From Candidatus Diapherotrites archaeon CG08_land_8_20_14_0_20_30_16 (lineage in GTDB: Archaea > Iainarchaeota > Iainarchaeia > Iainarchaeales > 0-14-0-20-30-16), in the NCBI GenBank assembly GCA_002779075.1, contig PEXK01000017.1:2079-34078 (forward strand): 32,000 nucleotides of DNA. Reading direction: 5' to 3'. Positions 1 through 8,095 of the stretch are shown here, in pieces. The position numbers and the translations under genes are program-made. Numbering within the stretch: the stretch's first letter is position 1; each line of letters opens with the position of its first letter. The notes under the pieces were generated by a model. That model saw only the letters and a program-made list of their open reading frames with translations, was not told the origin of the DNA and did no database searches.

Positions 1-43
1 AAAATTCCTAAAGAATTAAAAACCCTTTTGATGTAATTAGTTA

Positions 44-1216
44 GTGCTTCTGATTGTTTTACTTGGCACACTCATTGCAACAATAGTAGGAATTATTTCT
101 GGTCTAATCCCTGGACTGCACATAAACAACATAATTTATTTAATTTCTTCAGCAAATATTTCTTTAGAGATTAAAGCAATTGTTTTTATTCTAAGCTCTG
201 TTGTTTTTTGTTTTATCAGCATAATTCCAGCAACAATATTCTCAATTCCTAATACAGACAACTTTGTTTCAACAATGCCAGCACAAAAACTATTTTTAAG
301 GGGCAAGGGATTTTATGCAATTTATTTATATTGCACAGGAGCAATAAACGCAATAATTTTTGGTCTGCCTTTAATTGCATTATTTCTGGTTTTATTAAAA
401 TACTTGCCAACAGCAATTAATTTATTAACTCCTTTTGTTCTATTAATTGGATTGGCGTGCTTATTTTTCCAAACAAAAAACTATTTTGGATATTTAATAA
501 TTATATTTTCTGGTCTTGTGGGTTATTTTTCTTTGCAGTTTGCTTTTGTTGAAAACCCATTACTTGTTATAGTCTCTGGATTATTTGGTGCAAGCAACAT
601 TTTGTTTGCAATGCAAAATAAAATAAAATTACCCAAACAAAGTCTTTACATAGAAAAAATAGATTTAATAACAAAAATTAAAGTGGGCGTTATTAGCCCT
701 TGTTTATCAATATTTGTTTCCCTTTTCCCTGGTCTGGGTAATGGTTTTGCAACATATTTCGGAACTAAATTAGCACAAATAAAAGAAGAGGGCTACATTT
801 TAATGAATGGTGCGATCAATGTTTTAGTGATGATTCTTTCTTTTTTCTGTGTTTATTTTATTGGAAAAACAAGAACTGCGTCTGCAGTTTTCTTTGAAAA
901 CTTCACTAAAAACACTTTTGTTTTTTCTTTTGGTTGGATTTTATTTTTCTGTTTGATAGGGGTTGTTTTGGGATACTTTCTAACAATTTATTTGAGCAAA
1001 AAAATATTAGTTTTAGCACAGAACTTCAATTATAAAATAATTAACATCTTGATTCTTGCCTTCTTACATTTAATTGTTCTTTTGTTTTCAAACTTTTTGG
1101 GGCTTGTTGTTTTCTGGGTGTGCACACTAATTGGTTACCTCTGCATAAGAACAGAAAATCCTAGGTTATTAATGATCTCTTGTATTATTGTGCCTGTATT
1201 GATTTATTTTGTGTAG
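44..1216 (+). CDS. Polytopic membrane protein, TctA/DUF112-like (COG1784-type) putative transporter
   Basis: The 390-aa ORF has a GTG start and is hydrophobic throughout, with about 10 or more predicted TM segments. The N-terminal 'GLIPGLHINN' and the following 'MPAQKLFLRGKGFYA' resemble motifs I recall from archaeal TctA-like/DUF112 membrane proteins. There is no competing ORF. Confidence 0.5.
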   Translation: MLLIVLLGTLIATIVGIISGLIPGLHINNIIYLISSANISLEIKAIVFILSSVVFCFISIIPATIFSIPNTDNFVSTMPAQKLFLRGKGFYAIYLYCTGAINAIIFGLPLIALFLVLLKYLPTAINLLTPFVLLIGLACLFFQTKNYFGYLIIIFSGLVGYFSLQFAFVENPLLVIVSGLFGASNILFAMQNKIKLPKQSLYIEKIDLITKIKVGVISPCLSIFVSLFPGLGNGFATYFGTKLAQIKEEGYILMNGAINVLVMILSFFCVYFIGKTRTASAVFFENFTKNTFVFSFGWILFFCLIGVVLGYFLTIYLSKKILVLAQNFNYKIINILILAFLHLIVLLFSNFLGLVVFWVCTLIGYLCIRTENPRLLMISCIIVPVLIYFV

Positions 1217-1246
1217 ATTTTTAAAGGTTTGTAGCTATATCTTTAT

Positions 1247-1567
1247 ATGGATGCTGAATCAAAGAAAAACTTTATTATATTTCTTGAAAAGAACCCTAAG
1301 CTTTATGCAATAGCAAAAAGCGACATGTGTATTTCTCTGCTTGGGCAACTATCAAAACAGGGTCTGCCTGTTGATGAAATCAAAAAAATAAAAGGGTTTA
1401 GTTTCATGACCGAAAAGGACATTGAGACTCTTTTGGAACTACTTGTTACATTGAAGGTTCTGAATAAAGAAAAGATTGTGGGCAAAACAATTTATTTTGC
1501 AAATAATAATACAAAACTATTTTTAGAAATATACAATGAAACAAAAAAACAATATAATGTGGGATAA
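1247..1567 (+). CDS. Hypothetical small protein (106 aa), possibly a winged-helix-like fold
   Basis: The frame is clean. Its stop shares one base with the ATG of the next gene (TAATG at 1565-1569), which suggests translational coupling. I recognise no family motif. Confidence 0.5.
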   Translation: MDAESKKNFIIFLEKNPKLYAIAKSDMCISLLGQLSKQGLPVDEIKKIKGFSFMTEKDIETLLELLVTLKVLNKEKIVGKTIYFANNNTKLFLEIYNETKKQYNVG

Positions 1568-2166
1568 TGACTGAAGATTTAGAATCTGTACGATTTAGAA
1601 TGACTAAGAATACCAGTATGGGCAAACTTGCAAATGCAATTGATAAAAAAAAAGTAGATGCTGTGCTTGTTCCTTTTTTGAAAAGATTTAATAAAAAGAA
1701 AAATATTTTTACAAGCTCAAGTTGTGCAGGAAGAATAATGCTTTTGGGCGCAGATAAAGATGAACATAAAATGCCTGGCTTATTTGCAGGCAAATGGCAT
1801 AGAACAGTTAAATTGAAAGAAGTCTACGATATATTAAAAAAAGATTTACCTTATCAAGAAATCTGGTTTAAACAAGAATCATTTATTTTTCATTTTGTTT
1901 GCAAGAACTTGCCCACAGCAATAAAGGTATTGCATTTAAAGGCAAGATTAGGAATAAAAAGAGGCGGAATTTTCAATATAGATGAAGGAAGGTACATTAT
2001 TGAATTAACAGGTACAAGTAACATGAGTCTGCCTGTAAAATTTGGAAATGAAACCCTCCTTAATGTAGGGCAGTTGGAAAAAATAATAAAAAAGGCAAAT
2101 CAAAAATTAACAAAGAATTACACAATATTAAAAAAGGTAATGAAAGAATTTCAGAAGGAATTGTAA
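1567..2166 (+). CDS. taw3: tRNA wybutosine/wyosine-synthesis methyltransferase Taw3 (TYW3 family)
   Basis: Characteristic TYW3 motifs are present: 'FTSSSCAGRIMLL' (SSCSGR-type), 'FAGKWH', and 'IWFKQESFIFHFVCKNL..A..L' (compare 'LWF...PILHV.C.dl..A..Ll'). The length of 199 aa fits archaeal Taw3. Confidence 0.7.
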   Translation: MTEDLESVRFRMTKNTSMGKLANAIDKKKVDAVLVPFLKRFNKKKNIFTSSSCAGRIMLLGADKDEHKMPGLFAGKWHRTVKLKEVYDILKKDLPYQEIWFKQESFIFHFVCKNLPTAIKVLHLKARLGIKRGGIFNIDEGRYIIELTGTSNMSLPVKFGNETLLNVGQLEKIIKKANQKLTKNYTILKKVMKEFQKEL

Positions 2167-2592
2167 TTAAATAAATTCTGGCTTTGGATAACTTCTATAA
2201 ACACATTGATATTGATCTGCAAGACTAACCATTTTCAAATCTTTTGCACTACCAAATTGTGCTCTTTTGATATCAAATCCTTTTTTGTGTAGATATAAAC
2301 CTAATTCTTTAATTATAATGTGGCTTTGTTTTAAATTTAATGGTTTATTGGTTAAATGTACAAATGGAGTTAATACAATTAGTTTGATATTGAACCTTTT
2401 CGATAACGGGTCAATATCTCTTAACAAATCAGAAAAATAATTTTTATCTTCTAATGATTCTATTGTAATCCAAATAGATAATGAGTTTTTAACATCAATG
2501 TTCTTGACTGTTTCAACATTGTTTTGTGCTTTTTGAGATTTTATTGGATTTCCTATAAAATAAGAATCGCAATGCCAAATTATTAATTTCAT
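2167..2592 (-). CDS. Free-standing archaeal ThrRS editing-domain (tRNA-Thr_ED / DTD-like fold) homologue
   Basis: The 141-aa protein aligns by eye, end to end, with the N-terminal editing domain of Pyrococcus ThrRS. 'MKLIIWHCDSYFI' matches 'MRVLLIHSDYIEY'. 'IWITIESLEDKN' matches 'VAFISVEKVDEKN'. 'LTPFVHLTNKP' matches 'VYPFAHLSSELAKP'. 'KKGFDIKRAQFGSAKDL' matches 'ERGFNVGKAPFGYYKAF'. No synthetase core or anticodon-binding domain is attached. Confidence 0.65.
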   Translation of the reverse strand: MKLIIWHCDSYFIGNPIKSQKAQNNVETVKNIDVKNSLSIWITIESLEDKNYFSDLLRDIDPLSKRFNIKLIVLTPFVHLTNKPLNLKQSHIIIKELGLYLHKKGFDIKRAQFGSAKDLKMVSLADQYQCVYRSYPKPEFI

Positions 2593-2606
2593 TAAAAATC
2601 ACATCA

Positions 2607-3797
2607 TTATTTAAAAGATTTTAATTTGTCTAGCAATTCTATTATATTAACAAAAAATACTTCGCAGCCATTTATTCTTACTTTTTGAGATTCACCTTTG
2701 TAATATACAACATATGCTTTTGATGGTTTATAAATTTCAATAAATGATTTCAAGCTAGGTTCTACATTTGGATTATCACAAGATAACTTTACTTCTATAG
2801 GGCTGGTAGTTTTTCCAATTTCCAATATAAAATCAACTTCTTGTTTTGTTTTTGATTTCCAATATTTGGGATTATAACCTTGTTTTTTTAATTCTGAAAA
2901 AACATAATCCTCAAATAAAAAACCTTGAGAATCTAAATTTTTGGGGTATTCTGATAATATTGTATTTCTCAAACCGACATCATAAAAATATACTTTCGGT
3001 TGTTTTGTAATTTCTTTTAATTTGTTGGTATAGTAAGGCGACATCTGGTAAATAAAATAACTTTTTTCTAAAGCATTCAAATATTTTTTTATTGTTTGAT
3101 GAGACATGCCTAAATCTCTAGATATACTGTCATAGGAAATTATTTTTGAACAATTTATTGCTAGATATTTAACAAATTTTTCTAAATTGGATATGTCTTC
3201 AATGCCAAAATTTTTTGAGACATCTTTGTATAACATAGTTTCATATAAATTTTTTAATAATATTTTTTTTTCATCAATATTTTTAGTTATAAAAACTTTG
3301 GGATATGCCCCATAACTGCATTGATCAAAAATTGTTCTTTCAATTATTTTGTTTGTCTTGATTTTAATGTTTTCCGAATTAAAAATTTCTATTAAAGAAA
3401 ATTGGAATAATCTTAATATTGATGCTCTTCCAACTAAATAAGATAATACTTCTTTGCCAGCCAAAATTTCTGATGATGAACTTAATAATAATTTATATCC
3501 TTTATCTGCCAAATATTTTATTTTGGGGCCTACTTCTTTGCCATATTGAATTTCATCAATAAATGTAACATTATAACCAACACAATACTGTTTTTCAAAT
3601 AATTTAATATCATCATTAAACAAGAATTTTGCATCGGGGTCATCTAAAGAAATAGAATTAGTATTTTTTATTTTTTTAATTTCGTTATTTAAAAAAGTTG
3701 TTTTGCCTGTTTGTTTAGGGCCCAATACTGCAACTACCTTATATAGCTCAAAATGCTTTTGAAATATTGATTCTAAAGCCCTATTAATATAAACCAT
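2607..3797 (-). CDS. AAA+ ATPase with C-terminal DUF4143 domain (COG1373 family)
   Basis: The Walker A motif 'GPKQTGKTTF' lies near the N-terminus, as in AAA_14 domains. The C-terminal part carries the family-typical 'PKVYFYDVGLRNTIL'. The length of 396 aa is typical. Confidence 0.8.
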   Translation of the reverse strand: MVYINRALESIFQKHFELYKVVAVLGPKQTGKTTFLNNEIKKIKNTNSISLDDPDAKFLFNDDIKLFEKQYCVGYNVTFIDEIQYGKEVGPKIKYLADKGYKLLLSSSSEILAGKEVLSYLVGRASILRLFQFSLIEIFNSENIKIKTNKIIERTIFDQCSYGAYPKVFITKNIDEKKILLKNLYETMLYKDVSKNFGIEDISNLEKFVKYLAINCSKIISYDSISRDLGMSHQTIKKYLNALEKSYFIYQMSPYYTNKLKEITKQPKVYFYDVGLRNTILSEYPKNLDSQGFLFEDYVFSELKKQGYNPKYWKSKTKQEVDFILEIGKTTSPIEVKLSCDNPNVEPSLKSFIEIYKPSKAYVVYYKGESQKVRINGCEVFFVNIIELLDKLKSFK

Positions 3798-3936
3798 ATA
3801 ATATACTAATCCTTAAGTCTATTTAAGCTTTTCGCTTACTTTTCCTAACATTAATGTTAGCTTTAGTAAGATTTATGAAGAAAATTATAAAGCATAGAAA
3901 AAGATAATGAAAGAATTTGGAATGTGCAAAGAATTC

Positions 3937-5823
3937 TTATCTAATTCTTAAACATTCTAGATTTTTTGGGGCATAGCATGAAATGTTGAATCTTTGAGAT
4001 ATGTATTTTGAAAAAGAAACGCATTTTTCTTCTTCGCCGTGATTTATGTAAATTCTTTTTGGCATAGGATTTAAATTTCTCACATAGTTCACTAATTGAT
4101 TCCTATCACAATGTCCTGAATATCCTTCTATAGTGACTATTTCTAAGTTAACAGGTATTTTCTTGAGCTTGCCATTCTCAGTTATTGTTAGTTCTTTCAT
4201 ACCCTCTTGTAATCTTCTACCCAAAGATCCTTTCGATTGCCAACCTACAAATATTAAAGTATCTTTTGGATTTTCTGCAAATCTGTGCAAAAATTCAACT
4301 GAAAACCCACCAGTCATCATACCAGAAGTCGCTAATATTACGTTTCCTGTGTTGCTTATAACATCTTCAAAATCCTGTTTTGTTGTAATTTCTTTAAATA
4401 AAGGGTTGTTAAAAGGTGAGTTGTTCTGCAGAACTCTTCTTTTCAAATTATCTTTAAAATAATCTGGGTATGCTGTATGAACTGAACAAACTTCTTTTAT
4501 CAAACCTGCCAAAAAAACACTTTTTGTTTGCAATCTGTTGTATCTGAAATATTCTTCCAAAACTACCATTACTTCTTGTGATCTTCCAACTGCAAATACA
4601 GGAATCAAAACATTTCCGCCACGCTTTACTGTTTCATTAATTACTGAAATCAATCTATCTTCTGCAATATTTCTTTGTGGCATAATATCATTTGGCCCGC
4701 CATAAGTGCTTTCTAAAATCAGTGTTTCCAATCTAGGATAATTCTCTTCTAAATTATTAAATAAACGAGTAAAACCAAATTTGATATCCCCAGAATACAT
4801 CAAATTGTGCGTTCCATCGCCAATATGCAAATGCACGCTTGCAGAACCTAAAATATGTGCTGCGTTATGAAATGTCAATCTAACATCTGGTGTTATATCT
4901 GTAACTTCCTCATACTCTCTTGTTATAACATGTTTCAACATTTGAAAAATATCTGCTTCAGTGTATGGTGCTTCCTGCCCTTCCTTACTTGAAACATTCA
5001 AATAATCATACTGCAAAATAACCATTAAATCTCTAGTTGGGCTTGTACAATAAACTGGACCATTAAAACCCATTTTATATAAATAAGGCAAAAATGCTGC
5101 ATGATCTGTGTGTGCGTGAGTAATTATAACTGCATCTATTTCGTCTAATGAAAATCTTAAACTTCCTAATTCTGGATACGCATCTCCATTTCCTGCAGGG
5201 TTTACACCACAATCTAAAAGTATTTTTGAGTTTGCAGTCTCCAACAAGATACAACTTCTTCCAACTTCTCTAAATGCTCCTAAGCAACAAAATCTAACCC
5301 AATCCTTTTTGCTTTTCTTTTCTGCAAAAATCTTTTCTGCAGCATATGCAAAATTCTTTTTTCTTTCGCTGCTGTTCTTGTATAAAACACTTCTGATTTT
5401 TTGCAGATAGTGTCCTTCTATTGTCGGTTTCCTTAATATTATTGGAGTCCATTTAGTCTGTTGAATTATAGCTTTGCTTGTTTGTCCGCCTTTTCCAATT
5501 ACGAGTCCAGGTTTCAATGCTTCAATAACAACTTCTGCAAAAGCAGTATCAAAATAAATTGCAAAAACTCCAGCATCCTCAGAAATCAATTTTTGAATTT
5601 TTTCTTTCGCTTTTTCAGGCTCCAATAATTCTGAAACATCACTTCTAATATTTACTTTCTTTTTCAAAGCAAATGCTAAATTAGAAATATATTTGTCATT
5701 TTCGTAAAAAGCAGAAATATCTTTTGTATAAATATAAATTTCTGGACCTAAGAATTCGATCTTGCCAGTATGCATAGTATTCAATGTTGTTTTTATCTCT
5801 TTTATTATGTCATCTTTATTCAA
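3937..5823 (-). CDS. aCPSF1: KH-domain / metallo-beta-lactamase / beta-CASP ribonuclease
   Basis: The N-terminal KH signature 'KPGLVIGKGGQT' is present. The metallo-beta-lactamase motif 'ITHAHTDH' follows, and beta-CASP/RMMBL regions lie downstream ('ESTYGG', 'GYSGHCD'). The length of 628 aa is typical of archaeal CPSF1. Confidence 0.9.
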   Translation of the reverse strand: MNKDDIIKEIKTTLNTMHTGKIEFLGPEIYIYTKDISAFYENDKYISNLAFALKKKVNIRSDVSELLEPEKAKEKIQKLISEDAGVFAIYFDTAFAEVVIEALKPGLVIGKGGQTSKAIIQQTKWTPIILRKPTIEGHYLQKIRSVLYKNSSERKKNFAYAAEKIFAEKKSKKDWVRFCCLGAFREVGRSCILLETANSKILLDCGVNPAGNGDAYPELGSLRFSLDEIDAVIITHAHTDHAAFLPYLYKMGFNGPVYCTSPTRDLMVILQYDYLNVSSKEGQEAPYTEADIFQMLKHVITREYEEVTDITPDVRLTFHNAAHILGSASVHLHIGDGTHNLMYSGDIKFGFTRLFNNLEENYPRLETLILESTYGGPNDIMPQRNIAEDRLISVINETVKRGGNVLIPVFAVGRSQEVMVVLEEYFRYNRLQTKSVFLAGLIKEVCSVHTAYPDYFKDNLKRRVLQNNSPFNNPLFKEITTKQDFEDVISNTGNVILATSGMMTGGFSVEFLHRFAENPKDTLIFVGWQSKGSLGRRLQEGMKELTITENGKLKKIPVNLEIVTIEGYSGHCDRNQLVNYVRNLNPMPKRIYINHGEEEKCVSFSKYISQRFNISCYAPKNLECLRIR

Positions 5824-5969
5824 TTAAATCACCAAAACTGCCACAAATCAAACAAAAAAGAATTCAAAAATAATTAACTAGAAAATTTGATGTTGCTCTC
5901 AATTATTCACCTTTCGGCAATTAGAAAATCTTCACACAATTTATTTTTGCAAAACAAAAACTGTGCTAA

Positions 5970-6587
5970 TCAATCTTTTTTTATGTTTTCAATACCTTTT
6001 TTATCAACAATGTAAAGGTCTATTTTTTCTCCACCTGTATTAATATCTCTTTTCTTTGAAGCTCTTATAGCTTCGCAAACTAAATTAATTGCTTCCTCTT
6101 TAGTCATTTTTTCTTTGTATTTTGTATCTAAAACACCCATTGCAAAAGGGCTTCCAGAACCAATGCTTGTAAACTTTTTCTGTTCGCCAAAACCGCCTAT
6201 TGGGTCAACAGCAAATAATTCTGGAAAATTAATATATCCCCCCACAACGAAAAATGCTTCATAGGGATAATATCTGTTTGCATTAAATATATTTGCTGCC
6301 AAAGTAGTTAATGCTTTCACATTTATTTTTTTATTTCTTTCATTTTCATACAAAGAAGATTGCATTTTTAATATTCTAATCATTTGTGCTGCATCGCCTT
6401 GAGCACCAGCCAAACCAAAAACAATTTGTTTAGTTATTGGGAAGACTTTTTGTGTTTCTAATTCAATCGCCATATATCCTAAAGTACTTTGCTGATCTGA
6501 AGCAACAATTACAAAATCATTTGTTCTTAATCCCACAACAGTAGTACCGCTTTTCAAAGTTGCGTATTTACTCTCTTGGCCACCCAA
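5970..6587 (-). CDS. psmB: Proteasome beta subunit (with short propeptide)
   Basis: 'SG|TTVVGLRTNDFVIVASDQQ' contains the catalytic Thr after a propeptide, followed by 'GLAGAQGDA' and 'IGSGS'. The start is TTG, preceded by an SD-like GAGGGGAG (complement of 6593-6600) with a 5-nt spacer. Confidence 0.9.
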   Translation of the reverse strand: MGGQESKYATLKSGTTVVGLRTNDFVIVASDQQSTLGYMAIELETQKVFPITKQIVFGLAGAQGDAAQMIRILKMQSSLYENERNKKINVKALTTLAANIFNANRYYPYEAFFVVGGYINFPELFAVDPIGGFGEQKKFTSIGSGSPFAMGVLDTKYKEKMTKEEAINLVCEAIRASKKRDINTGGEKIDLYIVDKKGIENIKKD

Positions 6588-6740
6588 AAATACTCCCCTC
6601 TCTTTTAATTAGAATATTAAAAATTAGATATATAATTTGGAACCATCTTGTTTTTAAATGTTACCCTGCGCCACACACCCATTAACTCCTGCCAGCCCTT
6701 GAAAAACTTTACAAGTTTTATTAGACCTAAGTATTTCTTT

Positions 6741-6932
6741 GCCTTTGAATGGCTTGCGTTAGCAAGAGCTTCTGAGGTATATGTTTATGACGAGTTATCG
6801 GAATAAACTCTGCCTCTGAATGGCTTGCGTTAGCAAGAGCTTCTGAGGTATATGTTTATGACGAGTTATCGGAATAAACTCTGCCTCTGAATGGCTCATG
6901 AAGATGAGAGCTTTTGAGTTATATGAAGTATC
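6741..6932. repeat. 71-bp tandem repeat, two near-identical copies plus a divergent third copy
   Basis: Copies at 6741-6811 and 6812-6882 differ at one base (6745 t versus 6816 c). A third copy starts at 6883 and stays alignable for about 50 nt, up to the Bud32 stop codon. Each copy has a 5-bp hairpin at 6753-6766, 6824-6837 and 6895-6908. Confidence 0.9.
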
Positions 6933-7523
6933 TTACAGATACTTCTTTCTCTTCTGAATTTTTTCCATATATTTGATTACTTCTGGAGATTCTTTTTGAT
7001 ACTCTTTTTCAAACACAGCCCAATATTTGAGGCCAAAATCAGCAACAGTGATTTCTCTCAAAACCTCTAAATCAGTAGCTTTATCTTCTAATTTTGTTGA
7101 AACAAAGCTTAAACCAAAATCTATGAAATAAGGAATTTTTCTGTGGGGATCAAAAAGGATATTACAAAGAGTTAAATCGCCATGAATAATATTGTTTCTG
7201 TGCAATTTAAATACATCATTAGCAATATTTTTCAATATTGTAGGGTTTGATTTTACAATAGATTTTGCCTCAATATAGGGGATGTATTCCATTAAGATAT
7301 TGTAATTATCAGAATAATAAACAAATGGACAATTAACCTTTGCATTTTTTGCCAAGCTTAAATTTCTAACTTCGCTTTTAATTCTTCTGCTCAAAATAGA
7401 TTTGTCTAATTCTTTAGCTCTGTACAATTTAGGAATTCGCTTTTTTAAAATATATTTCTTCCCAAATATTTTTGAAAAAAATATTTTGGCTTCTGCGCCT
7501 TCTGCAATAAAATTAGTTTTCAT
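6933..7523 (-). CDS. bud32: Bud32/PRPK-type atypical protein kinase (KEOPS subunit), stand-alone
   Basis: Motifs present are 'GAEAKIF' (glycine loop), 'YILKKR' (Lys), 'IIHGDLTLCNILF' (catalytic loop) and 'IDFGLS' (DFG). I place the start at the ATG at 7523 ('MKTNFIAEGAEA'). The track start at 7568 would overlap the upstream gene by 35 nt. Confidence 0.8.
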   Translation of the reverse strand: MKTNFIAEGAEAKIFFSKIFGKKYILKKRIPKLYRAKELDKSILSRRIKSEVRNLSLAKNAKVNCPFVYYSDNYNILMEYIPYIEAKSIVKSNPTILKNIANDVFKLHRNNIIHGDLTLCNILFDPHRKIPYFIDFGLSFVSTKLEDKATDLEVLREITVADFGLKYWAVFEKEYQKESPEVIKYMEKIQKRKKYL

Positions 7524-7533
7524 GTTATCCCTT

Positions 7534-8034
7534 TTACTCAGGGCAGAAAACAAAAAGTAAATCTTCACTTAATTGCAAAGAGTATTCTACATTTGACATT
7601 CTTGAAGAGAAATCTTTTTGATCAACATTAGAATACTGACCCTTAACCAATTCAAAGTACTGCTTTGCACTTTCTAAGCTTTCTTTTGCCTCTTTAAGAT
7701 TTTGTTTCATATCTTTTGCGTCTTTAGTACATTTATATGAATAATTGTCACCAGTACCTAGTTTGCCTGCTAACTCTTTTGCAGTACCTGCTGCTAGCCA
7801 ATATTTTGCTTCAAACTCTAATCTCTTTTTATCCTCATCTTTTGCCTGACCAGCTAGCTTAGACAGATCTTGTGAAAATAGCAAAATCTTTTCAGGAGGT
7901 GCAGAATCGCCAATTGTGTATTTCAATTTGAGTTTATCTATCTTTGCACCTATACTAGAAGTATTTAAGTTATAAACATAAAAAATAGCTGCCAAAAGAA
8001 CAATTATCAACACCAAAGCGCCAAACTTAGACAT
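7534..8034 (-). CDS. Hypothetical membrane-anchored or secreted protein, helical and Lys/Glu-rich
   Basis: The N-terminus 'MSKFGALVLIIVLLAAIFYVY' is a signal anchor and could be a class III (prepilin-like) signal, 'KFG|A'. The rest is low-complexity and helical. The stop lies 10 nt upstream of the Bud32 start, so the two genes are probably co-transcribed. Confidence 0.45.
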   Translation of the reverse strand: MSKFGALVLIIVLLAAIFYVYNLNTSSIGAKIDKLKLKYTIGDSAPPEKILLFSQDLSKLAGQAKDEDKKRLEFEAKYWLAAGTAKELAGKLGTGDNYSYKCTKDAKDMKQNLKEAKESLESAKQYFELVKGQYSNVDQKDFSSRMSNVEYSLQLSEDLLFVFCPE

Positions 8035-8060
8035 TCATACCACACTAAAATATACACAAA

Positions 8061-8073
8061 TATATATATAAAG
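8061..8073. promoter_or_regulatory. Shared TATA-like element in a divergent intergenic region
   Basis: The tract 'tatatatataaa' is centred about 29 nt upstream of the ATG at 8096 and about 30 nt upstream of the divergent start at 8034. This is the geometry expected for archaeal TATA boxes driving leaderless or short-leader mRNAs. Confidence 0.3.
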
Positions 8074-8095
8074 GTTACGTGCCTCTTTAAATAGA

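Noticed and set aside
1303-1793. Antisense ORFs of 60 aa and 115 aa opposite the small ORF and taw3
   Set aside because: They lie entirely within better-supported genes on the other strand. They have low-complexity translations typical of AT-rich antisense frames.
6741-6932. Possible CRISPR array
   Set aside because: The 71-bp units are directly contiguous with no unique spacers. There are only about 2.7 copies, and no cas genes are nearby. This is a tandem duplication, not a repeat-spacer array.
6741-6932. Box C/D sRNA or hammerhead-like reading of the repeat (AUGACGA resembles a C box, and there are two CUGA motifs)
   Set aside because: The spacing does not fit. About 22 nt separate the C-like box from the next CUGA, against the roughly 12 nt typical in archaea, and I found no C' box. 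The hammerhead core (CUGAUGA...GAAA with three stems) cannot be assembled. I keep this only as an unproven idea.
7524-7568. N-terminal extension of Bud32 (track start at 7568)
   Set aside because: It would overlap the upstream gene by 35 nt and add 'MKIYFLFSALSKRDN', which is not part of the kinase fold. The ATG at 7523 gives a canonical Bud32 N-terminus.
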